Shown in pieces: positions 22,444 to 31,285 of a stretch of DNA of 44,492 nt; position 1 is the stretch's first letter; the number at the start of each line of letters is the position of its first letter. A model generated the notes under the pieces. That model ran no database searches. It had not been told where the DNA came from and worked only from the letters and a program-made list of their open reading frames with translations. This stretch comes from a virus. The position numbers were made by a program, and so were the translations under genes. Location of the stretch: positions 1 through 44,492 of IMG/VR virus record IMGVR_UViG_3300045996_001114. One strand, 5' to 3'.

Positions 22444-22796
22444 CCGCCGCCCCTTTCGTGGTACTGCTCGAGCCGCCCGATGCGCCGATCCTGGTCGTCG
22501 TCGCGGTCGCTTTGCGCGACACCGCTGGCGCTCATCCGCTCGTCGATCCGCGCCACCGTGACTTGCATTTCGTTCAGCGTGGTCATGCCCCACACCGCCG
22601 TTCCGCCCACGCCTGTTGCCAGCAGCGCCGCGGTGATCCCGCCGGCCCACTTGAGCGGCGCCGGTATCTCGGCCTTGTGCAGCTCGGGATGTTGCGCGAC
22701 GAACTTGGCGACGGCCAACTCGGCCGCGGCTTCGGCAGCGGGTTCGACAATGCGCCGGGTCTGCGCTGCATCGCCAAGGCTCTCAGGCATGGGCAA
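22440..22796 (-). CDS. hypothetical single-TM protein in lysis cluster
   Basis: 118 aa. TM GGITAALLATGVGGTAVWG. The stop overlaps the endolysin start. Confidence 0.55.
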   Translation of the reverse strand: MPMPESLGDAAQTRRIVEPAAEAAAELAVAKFVAQHPELHKAEIPAPLKWAGGITAALLATGVGGTAVWGMTTLNEMQVTVARIDERMSASGVAQSDRDDDQDRRIGRLEQYHERGGG

Positions 22797-23187
22797 CCAA
22801 CCTATCGAAAGGGGGATCGTCGGATTGCGCCAACAGGCCCGCCAGAGCCGTTCTCAGGGCCTCGGCAGGGAAGGTGAGCACCAGTTGCGCCACCACGACC
22901 ACGAACGAGCCCCAGAAGCGCGTATCGGGCGGGAGCAGGTAGAAGCACCACGCCGGAATAAAGAGCGCCAGGATCACGCAATCGGCCTTCGTCATCGTCG
23001 GGCGAATGATCGTCAGCGCAACGGCGAGGTCGATCAGCACCCACACGACGAAGTTGAACGGCACCTCGGCGTAACCGAACCCGAAGCACAGCCCGACGCT
23101 GGCCAGCAGCGCCCATGCCGTGCGGTTGCCGGTCAACGCCGAAACGCAGCCGCACGCCACCGCAAGCCAGAAAACGACGGCGAGCAT
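22783..23187 (-). CDS. hypothetical polytopic membrane protein (about 4 TM)
   Basis: 134 aa, strongly hydrophobic with regularly spaced helices. Confidence 0.6.
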   Translation of the reverse strand: MLAVVFWLAVACGCVSALTGNRTAWALLASVGLCFGFGYAEVPFNFVVWVLIDLAVALTIIRPTMTKADCVILALFIPAWCFYLLPPDTRFWGSFVVVVAQLVLTFPAEALRTALAGLLAQSDDPPFDRLVAHA

Positions 23188-23288
23188 TACCCCTGCGGCT
23201 TCTTCGGGTGCGTGCTCGGCGGCGGCGTCGGAGTCGGGCTCGGCGAAGGGGTAGGCGACGGCGAGGGAGTTTCGGGGGCTAGGGCCAT
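23187..23288 (-). CDS. possible 33-aa proline-rich peptide
   Basis: Found by hand. GGAGG lies 8 nt upstream of the ATG at 23288. MALAPETPSPSPTPSPSPTPTPPPSTHPKKPQG. TAATG overlap with the next gene. Confidence 0.35.
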   Translation of the reverse strand: MALAPETPSPSPTPSPSPTPTPPPSTHPKKPQG

Positions 23289-23348
23289 GTCAAATTCCTC
23301 CAGCAGAAAGCGGGTTACAAAGACGCGGGGACGTGGCATGTTCGCGCA

Positions 23349-23468
23349 ATGAGCAGACGGCACCACGGGAAGAAGTACGGCACGGTTTATCTGCTGGCCG
23401 TCGTCGCGATAATCGTTGGCGCAATCCTGTGGGCAGCAGTCGCGTTTCCGGAGATATCCAGGATATGA
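23349..23468 (+). CDS. possible 39-aa TM peptide
   Basis: MSRRHHGKKYGTVYLLAVVAIIVGAILWAAVAFPEISRI. The stop overlaps the next ATG (ATGA). Confidence 0.35.
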   Translation: MSRRHHGKKYGTVYLLAVVAIIVGAILWAAVAFPEISRI

Positions 23469-23587
23469 CCCGCCTGTTTTCGGCCATCGACAGGTTCTTC
23501 CGCTGGTTGATCGACCTGCACCCCTGTCCCGACTGCGGACACGCGCACGACTGCCCGGAATGCCTCTGGTGGCAGGCGATCAAGTAA
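23465..23587 (+). CDS. possible 40-aa Cys/His-rich peptide
   Basis: MTRLFSAIDRFFRWLIDLHPCPDCGHAHDCPECLWWQAIK. Confidence 0.35.
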   Translation: MTRLFSAIDRFFRWLIDLHPCPDCGHAHDCPECLWWQAIK

Positions 23588-23590
23588 GCA

Positions 23591-23881
23591 CTAGCCATCG
23601 GAAGGTTCGGGGAACATCTCGTCGAGTAGGCGGCGATGCTCCTCCCGCGTGATCGGCACCGCATCCTCGGGAATCTTGCAATCCGGGTTCGGCACCATGT
23701 CGTAGGCGACGCGGTGGCGGACGCGAATGTCGTCCGAGACGACGAGACGTTCCACCGACATCATCCGGGCGCCATGCACGGCCTCGAAGTAGAAGCCGGT
23801 CGGCTTGCCCTCACTGTAGGTCGCATAAATGCCGTTGGCGGGTTGAAGCGCCTCGGTTGCGGTTTCCAAGTTGCTCGGCAT
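23591..23881 (-). CDS. hypothetical protein downstream of tailspike (possible fibre accessory)
   Basis: The ATG at 23881 lies 2 nt after the upstream stop. 96 aa. Confidence 0.55.
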   Translation of the reverse strand: MPSNLETATEALQPANGIYATYSEGKPTGFYFEAVHGARMMSVERLVVSDDIRVRHRVAYDMVPNPDCKIPEDAVPITREEHRRLLDEMFPEPSDG

Positions 23882-23883
23882 CG

Positions 23884-25554
23884 TTATTGCCCGTTCGCCG
23901 TCCACCGCCAGGTCGCAGCGTTGGCCGTCACCGCTCCGGTGGAGATGTTGAGGTTGCCCGCGCGAATGTCGTACTGAGTGAGCGGCGCCGCGGCCGTCTT
24001 AACGACATTGGCCACCGACACGAGGTTCGACGCCGGCATGGTGGCCGGCTGCGCGCTGTATTGGATGTTGCTCGAGGTGAATGCGACCGGCAGCACGTTG
24101 GCCAGCGCTTCGCCGGCAACCGTCGTCACCGGCCCCCACTGGAAGATTTTGCCGCTGCCGTAGATGATATAGCCCGACGTGACGTTGTTGCTCGAATCCA
24201 CGACGGTGCCCGCATAGGTGAACACGAACCCGTCGCCCGCGTTGTTCGTGACGACGCCACCGCCCGGGATCTTCGGGCCGGTCCACATCGTCGCCGTGCA
24301 ATTCGCATCAACGTTGATGCCGAGAACCTGGGGACTGCAGAAAAGGCTCCGCCCGCCGTTGTTGCCGGGGGTGCCGTCTGCGTTGTTGCCGCCCCCGAAC
24401 CAGTTGAGGTTCGCGACCCCGGAAATCATGCCGTGCCACTGCCAGTCGTCGTTGTAGACCTCCGCGTCGCCATCGGTGTCGAGGGCGATTTGACTGGTAG
24501 TGCCGACGCCCGTGCGGGTCAGGAACACGCCCGTCGCGAAGACGTGGTGTGCGCCCTCGATGTGGATAGCGCTAACCGCAGCCCCGAAATACTCGCCGCC
24601 CCTGATCCACAGACCGCGATAGCCGGGGCCGCTGCCCGTCGTGTTCGTCATGCCGTTCACGTAGAGCGAGTGGTTGCAGTATTGGCCGACCGACACGTAA
24701 ACGTCGATCAGGTAGGTGCGCCCATTCGCGGGAGAGGCTTGGGTCAGGATTGCCGAGATGGCAGAGCCCTTTTCGCCAGAGGTAGCGTTGAAAAGGATTT
24801 TGTCGATCGTGAAGCCGTGATCGTTGAACGCGAAGATCCCGCGGTGATCGTCGGTCTCGTTATAGCGCTTGCAGATGATCGTGCCCTGTGCGCCGCGCGC
24901 GCCGATGAGTTCGACCTGGAAGTTCCACTCGGGAATCGCCGCGCCGAGCGTGTAGATCTTCGAGCCGAAGTAAATGCGGGTTGGCTTCACGATGTTGGCG
25001 AGATTCACCATCGCCGTCATCTCGGTATGGCACAGCACCTCGGTGCCGCCGCCACCGCCGCTCGCAGGGTCGTTCGGAATGCCGAACCAGTCGGCTTGCC
25101 ATGTGCTGAACTCGGGAAGCTGGCGCACCCACGCGCCGGTCGAGCCGTCCCCGCCGGTCGGAGGAACATAGATCCCCTGCTGCGTGTCGGCGGCAACCCG
25201 TGTGGCGAGGTTGCTGGTATCCCAGACGAACCAACCCGCACGCCCGCTTTCGGTGAGGTATTGCGGGCGAGCCTTTGCGACGGGCGTAGAGAGCGCGGCG
25301 AGCGTGCTTCGGAGCGGGACGGTAGCGCCAGGCTGTCCGAGCGCGGCGATGGCCTGCGCCACACGAAGCGGGGAGGTCCGCGTGGTGTTGTCCGTGCCTG
25401 CCTCGGCCTGCTCTTGGGTAGCGAGCGGCACGCCGGCATCGACGATTTGCGCCGGGGTCGACTTCAGGACCTCCGAGCCGGTGTCGATCATCACCGCGAC
25501 GGTGTTGGCGACGGTCTCGGCGGGGGTTAGTTCGCTAGGACGAATGAGTGCCAT
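23884..25554 (-). CDS. tailspike / tail fibre with beta-helix-like central domain
   Basis: 556 aa. Gly/Asn/Thr-rich repetitive beta-strand character with a conserved-looking N-terminal adaptor segment. Located after the tail-collar fibre. Confidence 0.65.
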   Translation of the reverse strand: MALIRPSELTPAETVANTVAVMIDTGSEVLKSTPAQIVDAGVPLATQEQAEAGTDNTTRTSPLRVAQAIAALGQPGATVPLRSTLAALSTPVAKARPQYLTESGRAGWFVWDTSNLATRVAADTQQGIYVPPTGGDGSTGAWVRQLPEFSTWQADWFGIPNDPASGGGGGTEVLCHTEMTAMVNLANIVKPTRIYFGSKIYTLGAAIPEWNFQVELIGARGAQGTIICKRYNETDDHRGIFAFNDHGFTIDKILFNATSGEKGSAISAILTQASPANGRTYLIDVYVSVGQYCNHSLYVNGMTNTTGSGPGYRGLWIRGGEYFGAAVSAIHIEGAHHVFATGVFLTRTGVGTTSQIALDTDGDAEVYNDDWQWHGMISGVANLNWFGGGNNADGTPGNNGGRSLFCSPQVLGINVDANCTATMWTGPKIPGGGVVTNNAGDGFVFTYAGTVVDSSNNVTSGYIIYGSGKIFQWGPVTTVAGEALANVLPVAFTSSNIQYSAQPATMPASNLVSVANVVKTAAAPLTQYDIRAGNLNISTGAVTANAATWRWTANGQ

Positions 25555-25555
25555 G

Positions 25556-26377
25556 TCAAATCGCCCTGATTATCTTGTTGCAGACGATGGTGGGCTGCAC
25601 GTTGGCGTGCGCCTGGCTGCTGCCAGCGCTGCCGGTCGTTCCGCTTACCGTATGAGTGTGCGCGCCGTTCGAGCTGGTCGAGGTGGTGGTGATGTTGGGG
25701 GTCGAGCCGCTGAAGCCACCGCCCGGCTCAAATGTGCCATCGGAGGCGGTGACGGTGTGCGTGTGCGCGCCGTTGCTGCTCGTGGTCCCGCTGAAGGCGT
25801 GCGTGTGCGCCGGCATCTGCGCTTCGGTGAGTGTGACGGTCTGCGCCCCGCCGGCAGCGCCAAGCGTAGAGCCCGCCACCCCGCTCCCCGCCGTAGTGAG
25901 CCGGCTTGCCGCCGTTCCTCCCATGTCGTCCTTGCCCGCGCTCGCGCGTCCGCGATAATCGGGCAGGTTGAACGTGGTCGTGCCGTTGCCCGCGCCCGCG
26001 TTCGTGCCGATCACGGCGAACAGCGCGGCATAGGTCGAGCGGGAAATCTCCTGCCCGGCGCAGAGCAGGAAGCCATCGGGAACGGTCGAGCCCCAGAAAT
26101 CAATCACCGCGCCAAGGGGCGTGCTGGTCCCCGAGGTGAGCTGCGCGACGGTGGCAGCGTCGGTCGGATCGACGCCGGGGGCCACGTTTGTGACACGGTT
26201 GCCGCCCATCGGCAGGTTGCCGAGCATCCCGCCTTTGCCCGTTCGGTCGAGCGAATTGGTCAGGGCCTCGCCAATGTCGCCCATCGCCGGGTTGTGCTGC
26301 GAGACGAGCACGGTATCGCCCACGCTGACCAGCGTGCCGAGTGGGAGGGAATAGGTTCCGTTGGAATCCCGGGGCAA
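25556..26377 (-). CDS. tail-collar-domain fibre protein
   Basis: GAVIDFWGSTVPDGFLLCAGQEISRSTYAALFAVIGTNAGAGNGTTTFNLPDYRGR is the phage tail collar motif. Repeated NGAHTHTV motifs. TTG start. Confidence 0.8.
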   Translation of the reverse strand: MPRDSNGTYSLPLGTLVSVGDTVLVSQHNPAMGDIGEALTNSLDRTGKGGMLGNLPMGGNRVTNVAPGVDPTDAATVAQLTSGTSTPLGAVIDFWGSTVPDGFLLCAGQEISRSTYAALFAVIGTNAGAGNGTTTFNLPDYRGRASAGKDDMGGTAASRLTTAGSGVAGSTLGAAGGAQTVTLTEAQMPAHTHAFSGTTSSNGAHTHTVTASDGTFEPGGGFSGSTPNITTTSTSSNGAHTHTVSGTTGSAGSSQAHANVQPTIVCNKIIRAI

Positions 26378-26379
26378 GT

Positions 26380-26427
26380 GGCTGAACTCCGCTGCATCGT
26401 TGGTGCAGCAGGTGAAGGAGTTCAGCC
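26380..26427. promoter_or_regulatory. nested hairpin covering the fibre-gene SD
   Basis: Outer 11-bp perfect stem GGCTGAACTCC / GGAGTTCAGCC enclosing an inner 6-bp stem GCTGCA / TGCAGC. Confidence 0.5.
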
Positions 26428-26478
26428 CTGCGGAATGGGGTGGTTTTACATGACCCGCGCCTGTGTTACAAGGGTGGG

Positions 26479-26694
26479 ATGGACTTGCGCTCAGCAGCGG
26501 TAATCGCCGCTTCCACGTTCCTTCTTGGCATTACCCGCGTTTCGTGGATCGCCTACAAGAAGAACGCCTCTCCCGCGACCCTTGCGACCTTCGCTTTCGC
26601 CAAAGCGCGCGTCGGGGAAGTGTTCATTTTGTGGACCATCCTGATCGCGGGAGCTCTCGTCGCCAAGTGGGCAGGGGTTTGGTCGGGTTTCTAG
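26479..26694 (+). CDS. small two-TM membrane protein on the opposite strand (moron-like)
   Basis: ATG at 26479. MDLRSAAVIAASTFLLGITRVSWIAYKK...VFILWTILIAGALVAKWAGVW. Its 3' end converges on and overlaps the stop of the 855-aa gene. Confidence 0.45.
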   Translation: MDLRSAAVIAASTFLLGITRVSWIAYKKNASPATLATFAFAKARVGEVFILWTILIAGALVAKWAGVWSGF

Positions 26695-29258
26695 TTGCTG
26701 ACTGCCAGGACAGCGGGCGGCGCGGCGAGCAGCCGAGCGATGTCCGCATTGTCCAGCAGGAATTGCCCAGTCCTCTCTACCATTTCGGGACGCTCGGCGA
26801 ACATCAAGCGCTGAAGGCTGTTGCGGGCGGTGGCGGAATAAGGCGCGGCTGCCAGCAACGCGGCGACCGAAGCCGTCGCAGCCGACCCCATGCCGCGGTC
26901 AACGGGCGTGCCGTCCTGCGCCACATAGGAGCCGCCGCCGGCTAGGCTCCCGGCGAGTAGCGGGATCACCACGCGCCCGGCGGTGCCGCTGTCGGGGATG
27001 GACGATGGCAAGACCTCCTGCGCAGCCTGCTGCAGCTCGAAGAACGGCATATCGCCTTCCGCCGCCGCTCGCTTCCCACCGTAGCGGATGGTGTTCGAGC
27101 GGGCGGACTGACCAAGTTGCGCGGGGGTGAAAACACCCCCCTGACCGGACAGCGCCTTCAAAATCGCGTCGTCAGCGACCGAGAAGTTGCGATAGGCTTC
27201 ATCGGCAGCCCGATACGCAGGCATCACCTCGGGAGCCTGACGTTCGAACATGCCGGTCACCGCGCCCTCGGCGCGGCGCATCCCCTCGCTAACCCTATGA
27301 CCGAGCGGGTCCTGCCGGTAGGAACGACCGAGACCGCGAATCTCCTGCACCATCGGCTGCATGTTGACGCCGCTGAGTGTCTGCCCGGTGAAGTATTCGG
27401 GGCTGACCACCTCGGCCAGCGACCCCACCGCCTCGTCTCCGACCCGGGGGACCGAGCGCAGATAGTTCACCGCGTCCAGCAGCGAGTTTTCGAATTGCTC
27501 ATCGGCGACAACCTCCACGCCGCCAAGAGCGTTCTGATAGGCTTGTGACGTAGCGCGATGCCCTACAGCAGCGCCTTGCGCCCCGATCTCGCCGTTCGTG
27601 GTCGCGCCAATGGGCGCCAACGCCTCGTCAAGGACTGCCTGGTTGAAGCCCTCGAAGCCTTCGCGGCGGCGAGCGGTGATCGCATCGCCGACGAGCGGGA
27701 GCCCTGACAAGCGATCCTCCCACCGCTTCGCGCCGCCGCCGAGGATTTGCCCCGGGGTCATCGGCACGCCCGCGCCGTTGAGCAGTTCGCGCGCCACGTC
27801 GGAGACGCCGGCCGCAGCCCGGCCTACGCCACGCGCGCCCAGTTCGCCGAGCTTGCCGCCAGCAGCGCCCGCGCCGCCCCCGAGCAACGCCGCAGCGACC
27901 CGGCTATCCCCGGGATCGTCAGCCGACCCCGCGCCATAGGCGCCGCCGACCAGCGCATTCGCTCCGAGAGCGCTACGTGCCGCGCTGAGACCTCCGCGCG
28001 CAAGGCCCGCCTCGAGGCCGAGACCGCCAGCCAGCCCACCGACGATCTGGCCAGCAAGATAGGCATTCGGGTTCATGTCCGACACGCCGCCCATGACAGC
28101 CCTGGTCAGGTCCGGGTTGCCGGTCATGTTGTCCAGCAAGCCAAACGATGCCACGTCGCCGGCACCGATCGCTGCGGCGCCAATCGGCGACATGCCGATA
28201 TCGCCGAGCGTCTGCGTCACGCCGCTATTCGGCTGCCAGCGCTTCTCGAGGTCGATGTTGACGGGCCGGTCGCCGCCGGGGTTCTGTCGGAAGTAGTTGA
28301 CCGCCTCGTCAATACCGCTGGCGCTGCCCAAGCCGGGCTGCACCGAATTGAGGTAGCCGCGGATTTGCCCGGCGTCCGCGCCGCTTTCGATCATCTCGCG
28401 GACCTTGGCGTTGACGCCGCGAAGGGCCGGCTCGTCAACGAACTTGCCCTCGCTCGTCAGGCCGCCCCCAGGCGTTACGCCATCTTCGCCGCCCGCGACC
28501 ACGGGGAGCGCCGATACGCCGTACTTCTCCGCAACAGCGGCGTCGCGGGGATCTTCGTTGTTCAGAAGCGCAAGGGCGTTGCGATAGTGGCGCTCGACCC
28601 GCGCAAGGTTATCCCGCAGGCTATCGGCGTCCTGGGTCTGCTGGAGCGCGCCAACAGCCGCGGCGAGGCGCTGTGCCTCGCTTTCGGTCAGCGAGCCGTA
28701 TCCCGACGCGCCATTGGCGGACGCAGCCTTGAGCGCCGCCAGCGTGTCGTTGATGATGGCGCCCTGGATGCCGCTGATCGTGGCCGAAAGGTTCGTGCTG
28801 TTCTGGCCGGCCACGGGAACCGCCTGGAATGCGCCCGTGCCGAACACGTTGCCGGTAGACCATCCATCACCGATCTGTTGGCGAGCGGTGTTGATCGCGC
28901 CGAGAACACTATCCGTCTGAAGCGCCCGTTGGATGCGAGACATGCCCGGGTCCGGTGCCGCGGCCTGTTCCTTGATCGTTGCCGCGGCGTCGGCCTGGGC
29001 CTTAGCGGCGTCGGCGATGGCCTTGTCGCGCTGCGCCTGCGCGGTGTCGGCGGCGAAGGGGAGCGCCGCACTATCGAGCGCGTTCTGCGTCTGAGTGTGC
29101 GAGAGGTCGGCCTGCGCTTGGGGAAGCGCGGTCGGGTTCCCCTGCGTCAGGGTCACGGGCGCGGGGCCGCCCTGCGCGGGAACAACGACCCACTGGCCGC
29201 CCCGAAAAACGGCCTTCTGCCCACCCGGGCCGGTTGCGGTCTGGCCTTCGGTCGGCAT
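26691..29258 (-). CDS. large internal virion / ejection protein (855 aa)
   Basis: ATG at 29258 (MPTEGQTATG...). Ala/Gly/Gln-rich, with coiled-coil and Gly-rich segments. Follows the transglycosylase gene. Confidence 0.65.
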   Translation of the reverse strand: MPTEGQTATGPGGQKAVFRGGQWVVVPAQGGPAPVTLTQGNPTALPQAQADLSHTQTQNALDSAALPFAADTAQAQRDKAIADAAKAQADAAATIKEQAAAPDPGMSRIQRALQTDSVLGAINTARQQIGDGWSTGNVFGTGAFQAVPVAGQNSTNLSATISGIQGAIINDTLAALKAASANGASGYGSLTESEAQRLAAAVGALQQTQDADSLRDNLARVERHYRNALALLNNEDPRDAAVAEKYGVSALPVVAGGEDGVTPGGGLTSEGKFVDEPALRGVNAKVREMIESGADAGQIRGYLNSVQPGLGSASGIDEAVNYFRQNPGGDRPVNIDLEKRWQPNSGVTQTLGDIGMSPIGAAAIGAGDVASFGLLDNMTGNPDLTRAVMGGVSDMNPNAYLAGQIVGGLAGGLGLEAGLARGGLSAARSALGANALVGGAYGAGSADDPGDSRVAAALLGGGAGAAGGKLGELGARGVGRAAAGVSDVARELLNGAGVPMTPGQILGGGAKRWEDRLSGLPLVGDAITARRREGFEGFNQAVLDEALAPIGATTNGEIGAQGAAVGHRATSQAYQNALGGVEVVADEQFENSLLDAVNYLRSVPRVGDEAVGSLAEVVSPEYFTGQTLSGVNMQPMVQEIRGLGRSYRQDPLGHRVSEGMRRAEGAVTGMFERQAPEVMPAYRAADEAYRNFSVADDAILKALSGQGGVFTPAQLGQSARSNTIRYGGKRAAAEGDMPFFELQQAAQEVLPSSIPDSGTAGRVVIPLLAGSLAGGGSYVAQDGTPVDRGMGSAATASVAALLAAAPYSATARNSLQRLMFAERPEMVERTGQFLLDNADIARLLAAPPAVLAVSN

Positions 29259-29611
29259 CAGCGTGCTCCTGCCGCGCGAAGATTGCGGCTGACGTAGTTG
29301 CGGGTTTCGGCGGGGGCGTAGCGAAGCCAGTCGTTGCCGTAGCGCTCTATCGCTGCGTCGACGTTGCCCGGCCCCCAGTTGTAGGCGGCCCACATCTTCG
29401 ACAGGTCGCCGCCGTAGCGATCCTGCATGGCAGCACGGTATTCACGCCCAACGCGGGCGTCGTCGGCCTGCGTGCCGTTGCTCGGCCGGATACCGAAGCC
29501 GGGATCACGCGCTGTGCCGGGCATTACCTGCATCAAGCCTCGCGCGCCCTTGGGGCTGACCGCGTTCGGATTGCCGCCGCTTTCGGCCATCATCGTGATT
29601 TGGTCGAGCAC
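29258..29611 (-). CDS. lytic transglycosylase (SLT domain) virion protein
   Basis: MAESGGNPNAVSPKGARGLMQVMPGTA contains the catalytic Glu-Ser motif. The likely start, GTG 29611, lies 2 nt after the upstream TAG. Confidence 0.75.
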   Translation of the reverse strand: MLDQITMMAESGGNPNAVSPKGARGLMQVMPGTARDPGFGIRPSNGTQADDARVGREYRAAMQDRYGGDLSKMWAAYNWGPGNVDAAIERYGNDWLRYAPAETRNYVSRNLRAAGAR

Positions 29612-29612
29612 G

Positions 29613-30269
29613 CTAGGGGCGAAACCCGGCCCCGGACGGAGAACCGCCGGGACCTCCTTCGTCCACAGACCACCCCTCCGGAAGCTCCGAACCGATGACG
29701 TTGGGAGGACCGCCGCCCGCGATCGGCCCGTTCGGGCCAAAGGGAACATATGTCACCGCGCGTGTCACCGGGTCCGTCACCATCTGCCAGTCGATTACCG
29801 GCTTCGGGTTCGGGTCGGCCTGCTCGAACATGATTTCGCCCGTCATCGGGTTGATGCCGATGATCGAGCCGTCGTTGCGGCGCTGGATAGACGGCTCGAC
29901 GGGCTTGGGCGTGCGCGAGGCAAGAACTGTCATCCCAAGCTGCCGCAACTCAGGATCGGCAAGCGCAGCCGCCACAGGGTCAGGCCCGCCCTCAGCCGCC
30001 TGCCCCGCAAGCAGCGCTTCAATCACGCCCTGCTGCGCCGTACGCGCTTCCTCGGCCTGGTTGTCGGCCTGCTGCATACGGAACCCGCCAGCGAGCCCGT
30101 TGGCGACCCGAGCGAGCCCCTGCGTCCAGTGCTGGACCGGCGAGAAGTCGGATCCCGCGAGCATCTGCTGCTGCGCAAGGCGGCGCTCGAGCGAGATATC
30201 CTCAAGCGACCGGCGACGACCGCCGCGACCCCAGATGAAGCCGCTCGTGGTGGGCATCTGGCCGACCAT
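29613..30269 (-). CDS. hypothetical virion protein (218 aa)
   Basis: The ATG at 30269 overlaps the upstream TGA. The N-terminal 171 codons of track ORF 29613..30782 are shadow frame. Confidence 0.55.
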   Translation of the reverse strand: MVGQMPTTSGFIWGRGGRRRSLEDISLERRLAQQQMLAGSDFSPVQHWTQGLARVANGLAGGFRMQQADNQAEEARTAQQGVIEALLAGQAAEGGPDPVAAALADPELRQLGMTVLASRTPKPVEPSIQRRNDGSIIGINPMTGEIMFEQADPNPKPVIDWQMVTDPVTRAVTYVPFGPNGPIAGGGPPNVIGSELPEGWSVDEGGPGGSPSGAGFRP

Positions 30270-31279
30270 CAGTGCAACTCCGCGTAGTTGACCGTGCGCA
30301 GGCCGAACATGGACGGACCAGACGCCTCGGGCTGCATCTGGTCGACCTCCTGCGCCATCGGGCCGAAGCGCGTCTCGCTCTCGCCTTTGTAGTTGTAGCG
30401 GTAGAGAGGGAGGCCGTCGTCGGTCTGGCCGACACGCTCGATGTTCTCCTTGGCGCGCGCATCCGACAGCGCGAAGGGAGCGGCGGCGCCGGCAAGCCCG
30501 AACAAGCCGCCGAGCATGGCGTTGTGCTGCCCGAGCTTGGCCTGGTATTGATCCTGCACGAGCCCGGCATAGTCGACGCCGGCAACGCTGGTCTGCGGCG
30601 TCGGGCCGGACATCTGCGCCGGGTTCGACACCTGCGACCCGGAAAGCAGCGCGGTCAGTTCGTTGAGCGGCTGATTGCGCGTCGCCAGCGCCTCGCCGAA
30701 CGCCTGTCCGCGCCCGGTCAACGCGAGCTGGTTGAGCTGATCGGTGTTGGCGTTCGTCAGCCGCTCCATTTCGCTGTTCCACGCCGCCGATCCGGGGCGC
30801 AGGCCAGAGTTTATCAGCCGGTCGCGGAGTTGCGATTCATTGCGCTGCTGCTGCGGGAGGATGCGGCTCGACGCAAGGTCGAATGCCCAATCCGCCGCAT
30901 CCTGGTTGTTGAACGAGAACGGGTCGGAGAGGGTCTGAGAAACCTGCGCCGACTGCTGGTTGGCGATGTTGGCGAGATTGCCCTCGGCGGCCTGCGTCGA
31001 GTTGAAGATCGCCTGCTGTTCCGGCGAGAGCGTCGTGGTCTGCGTGAAGCGCGGAATCGTGACGTACTTGCCGTTGCTGTCCGTAAATCCCGTGGTGCCG
31101 TTCTGGGCGTAGCTTACGCTACCCCACGGGTTGTTCTGGTCGACCATGTTGAGCAATTGCTCGGTCACGGCGGTGGACTGGTTGACGCCAGCCTGGGCCT
31201 GTGCGGTCTTGACGGGATCGGGCGCCTTGGGGCTCTTCAACGTCGCTTCCTTTCGGGAAGCGCGTGAGGTCAGGTTCAA
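30269..31279 (-). CDS. structural protein with C-terminal S74-type intramolecular chaperone domain
   Basis: ALSDARAKENIERVGQTDDGLPLYRYNYKGE...GPMAQEV matches the SD-x-R-x-K-x-NI autoproteolysis motif of the endosialidase-chaperone domain. Confidence 0.7.
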   Translation of the reverse strand: MNLTSRASRKEATLKSPKAPDPVKTAQAQAGVNQSTAVTEQLLNMVDQNNPWGSVSYAQNGTTGFTDSNGKYVTIPRFTQTTTLSPEQQAIFNSTQAAEGNLANIANQQSAQVSQTLSDPFSFNNQDAADWAFDLASSRILPQQQRNESQLRDRLINSGLRPGSAAWNSEMERLTNANTDQLNQLALTGRGQAFGEALATRNQPLNELTALLSGSQVSNPAQMSGPTPQTSVAGVDYAGLVQDQYQAKLGQHNAMLGGLFGLAGAAAPFALSDARAKENIERVGQTDDGLPLYRYNYKGESETRFGPMAQEVDQMQPEASGPSMFGLRTVNYAELH

Positions 31280-31285
31280 CCGCGC

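Noticed and set aside
23857-25530. Very long ORFs antisense to structural or early genes: 23857..25530+, 27747..29297+, 33438..35225+, 39371..41137+, 8418..9740-, 12504..13577+, 22402..23352+, 36801..38045+
   Set aside because: Their translations are Arg/Ala/Gly/Pro-rich low-complexity sequence, typical of shadow frames in high-GC DNA. Each one overlaps an opposite-strand ORF with a recognisable protein sequence or motif.
23884-26377. Possible diversity-generating retroelement or invertible segment acting on the fibre genes
   Set aside because: No reverse transcriptase or invertase gene is present. I could not find a template-repeat/variable-repeat pair by eye. The repeated NGAHTHTV units are an intrinsic motif of collar-type fibres.
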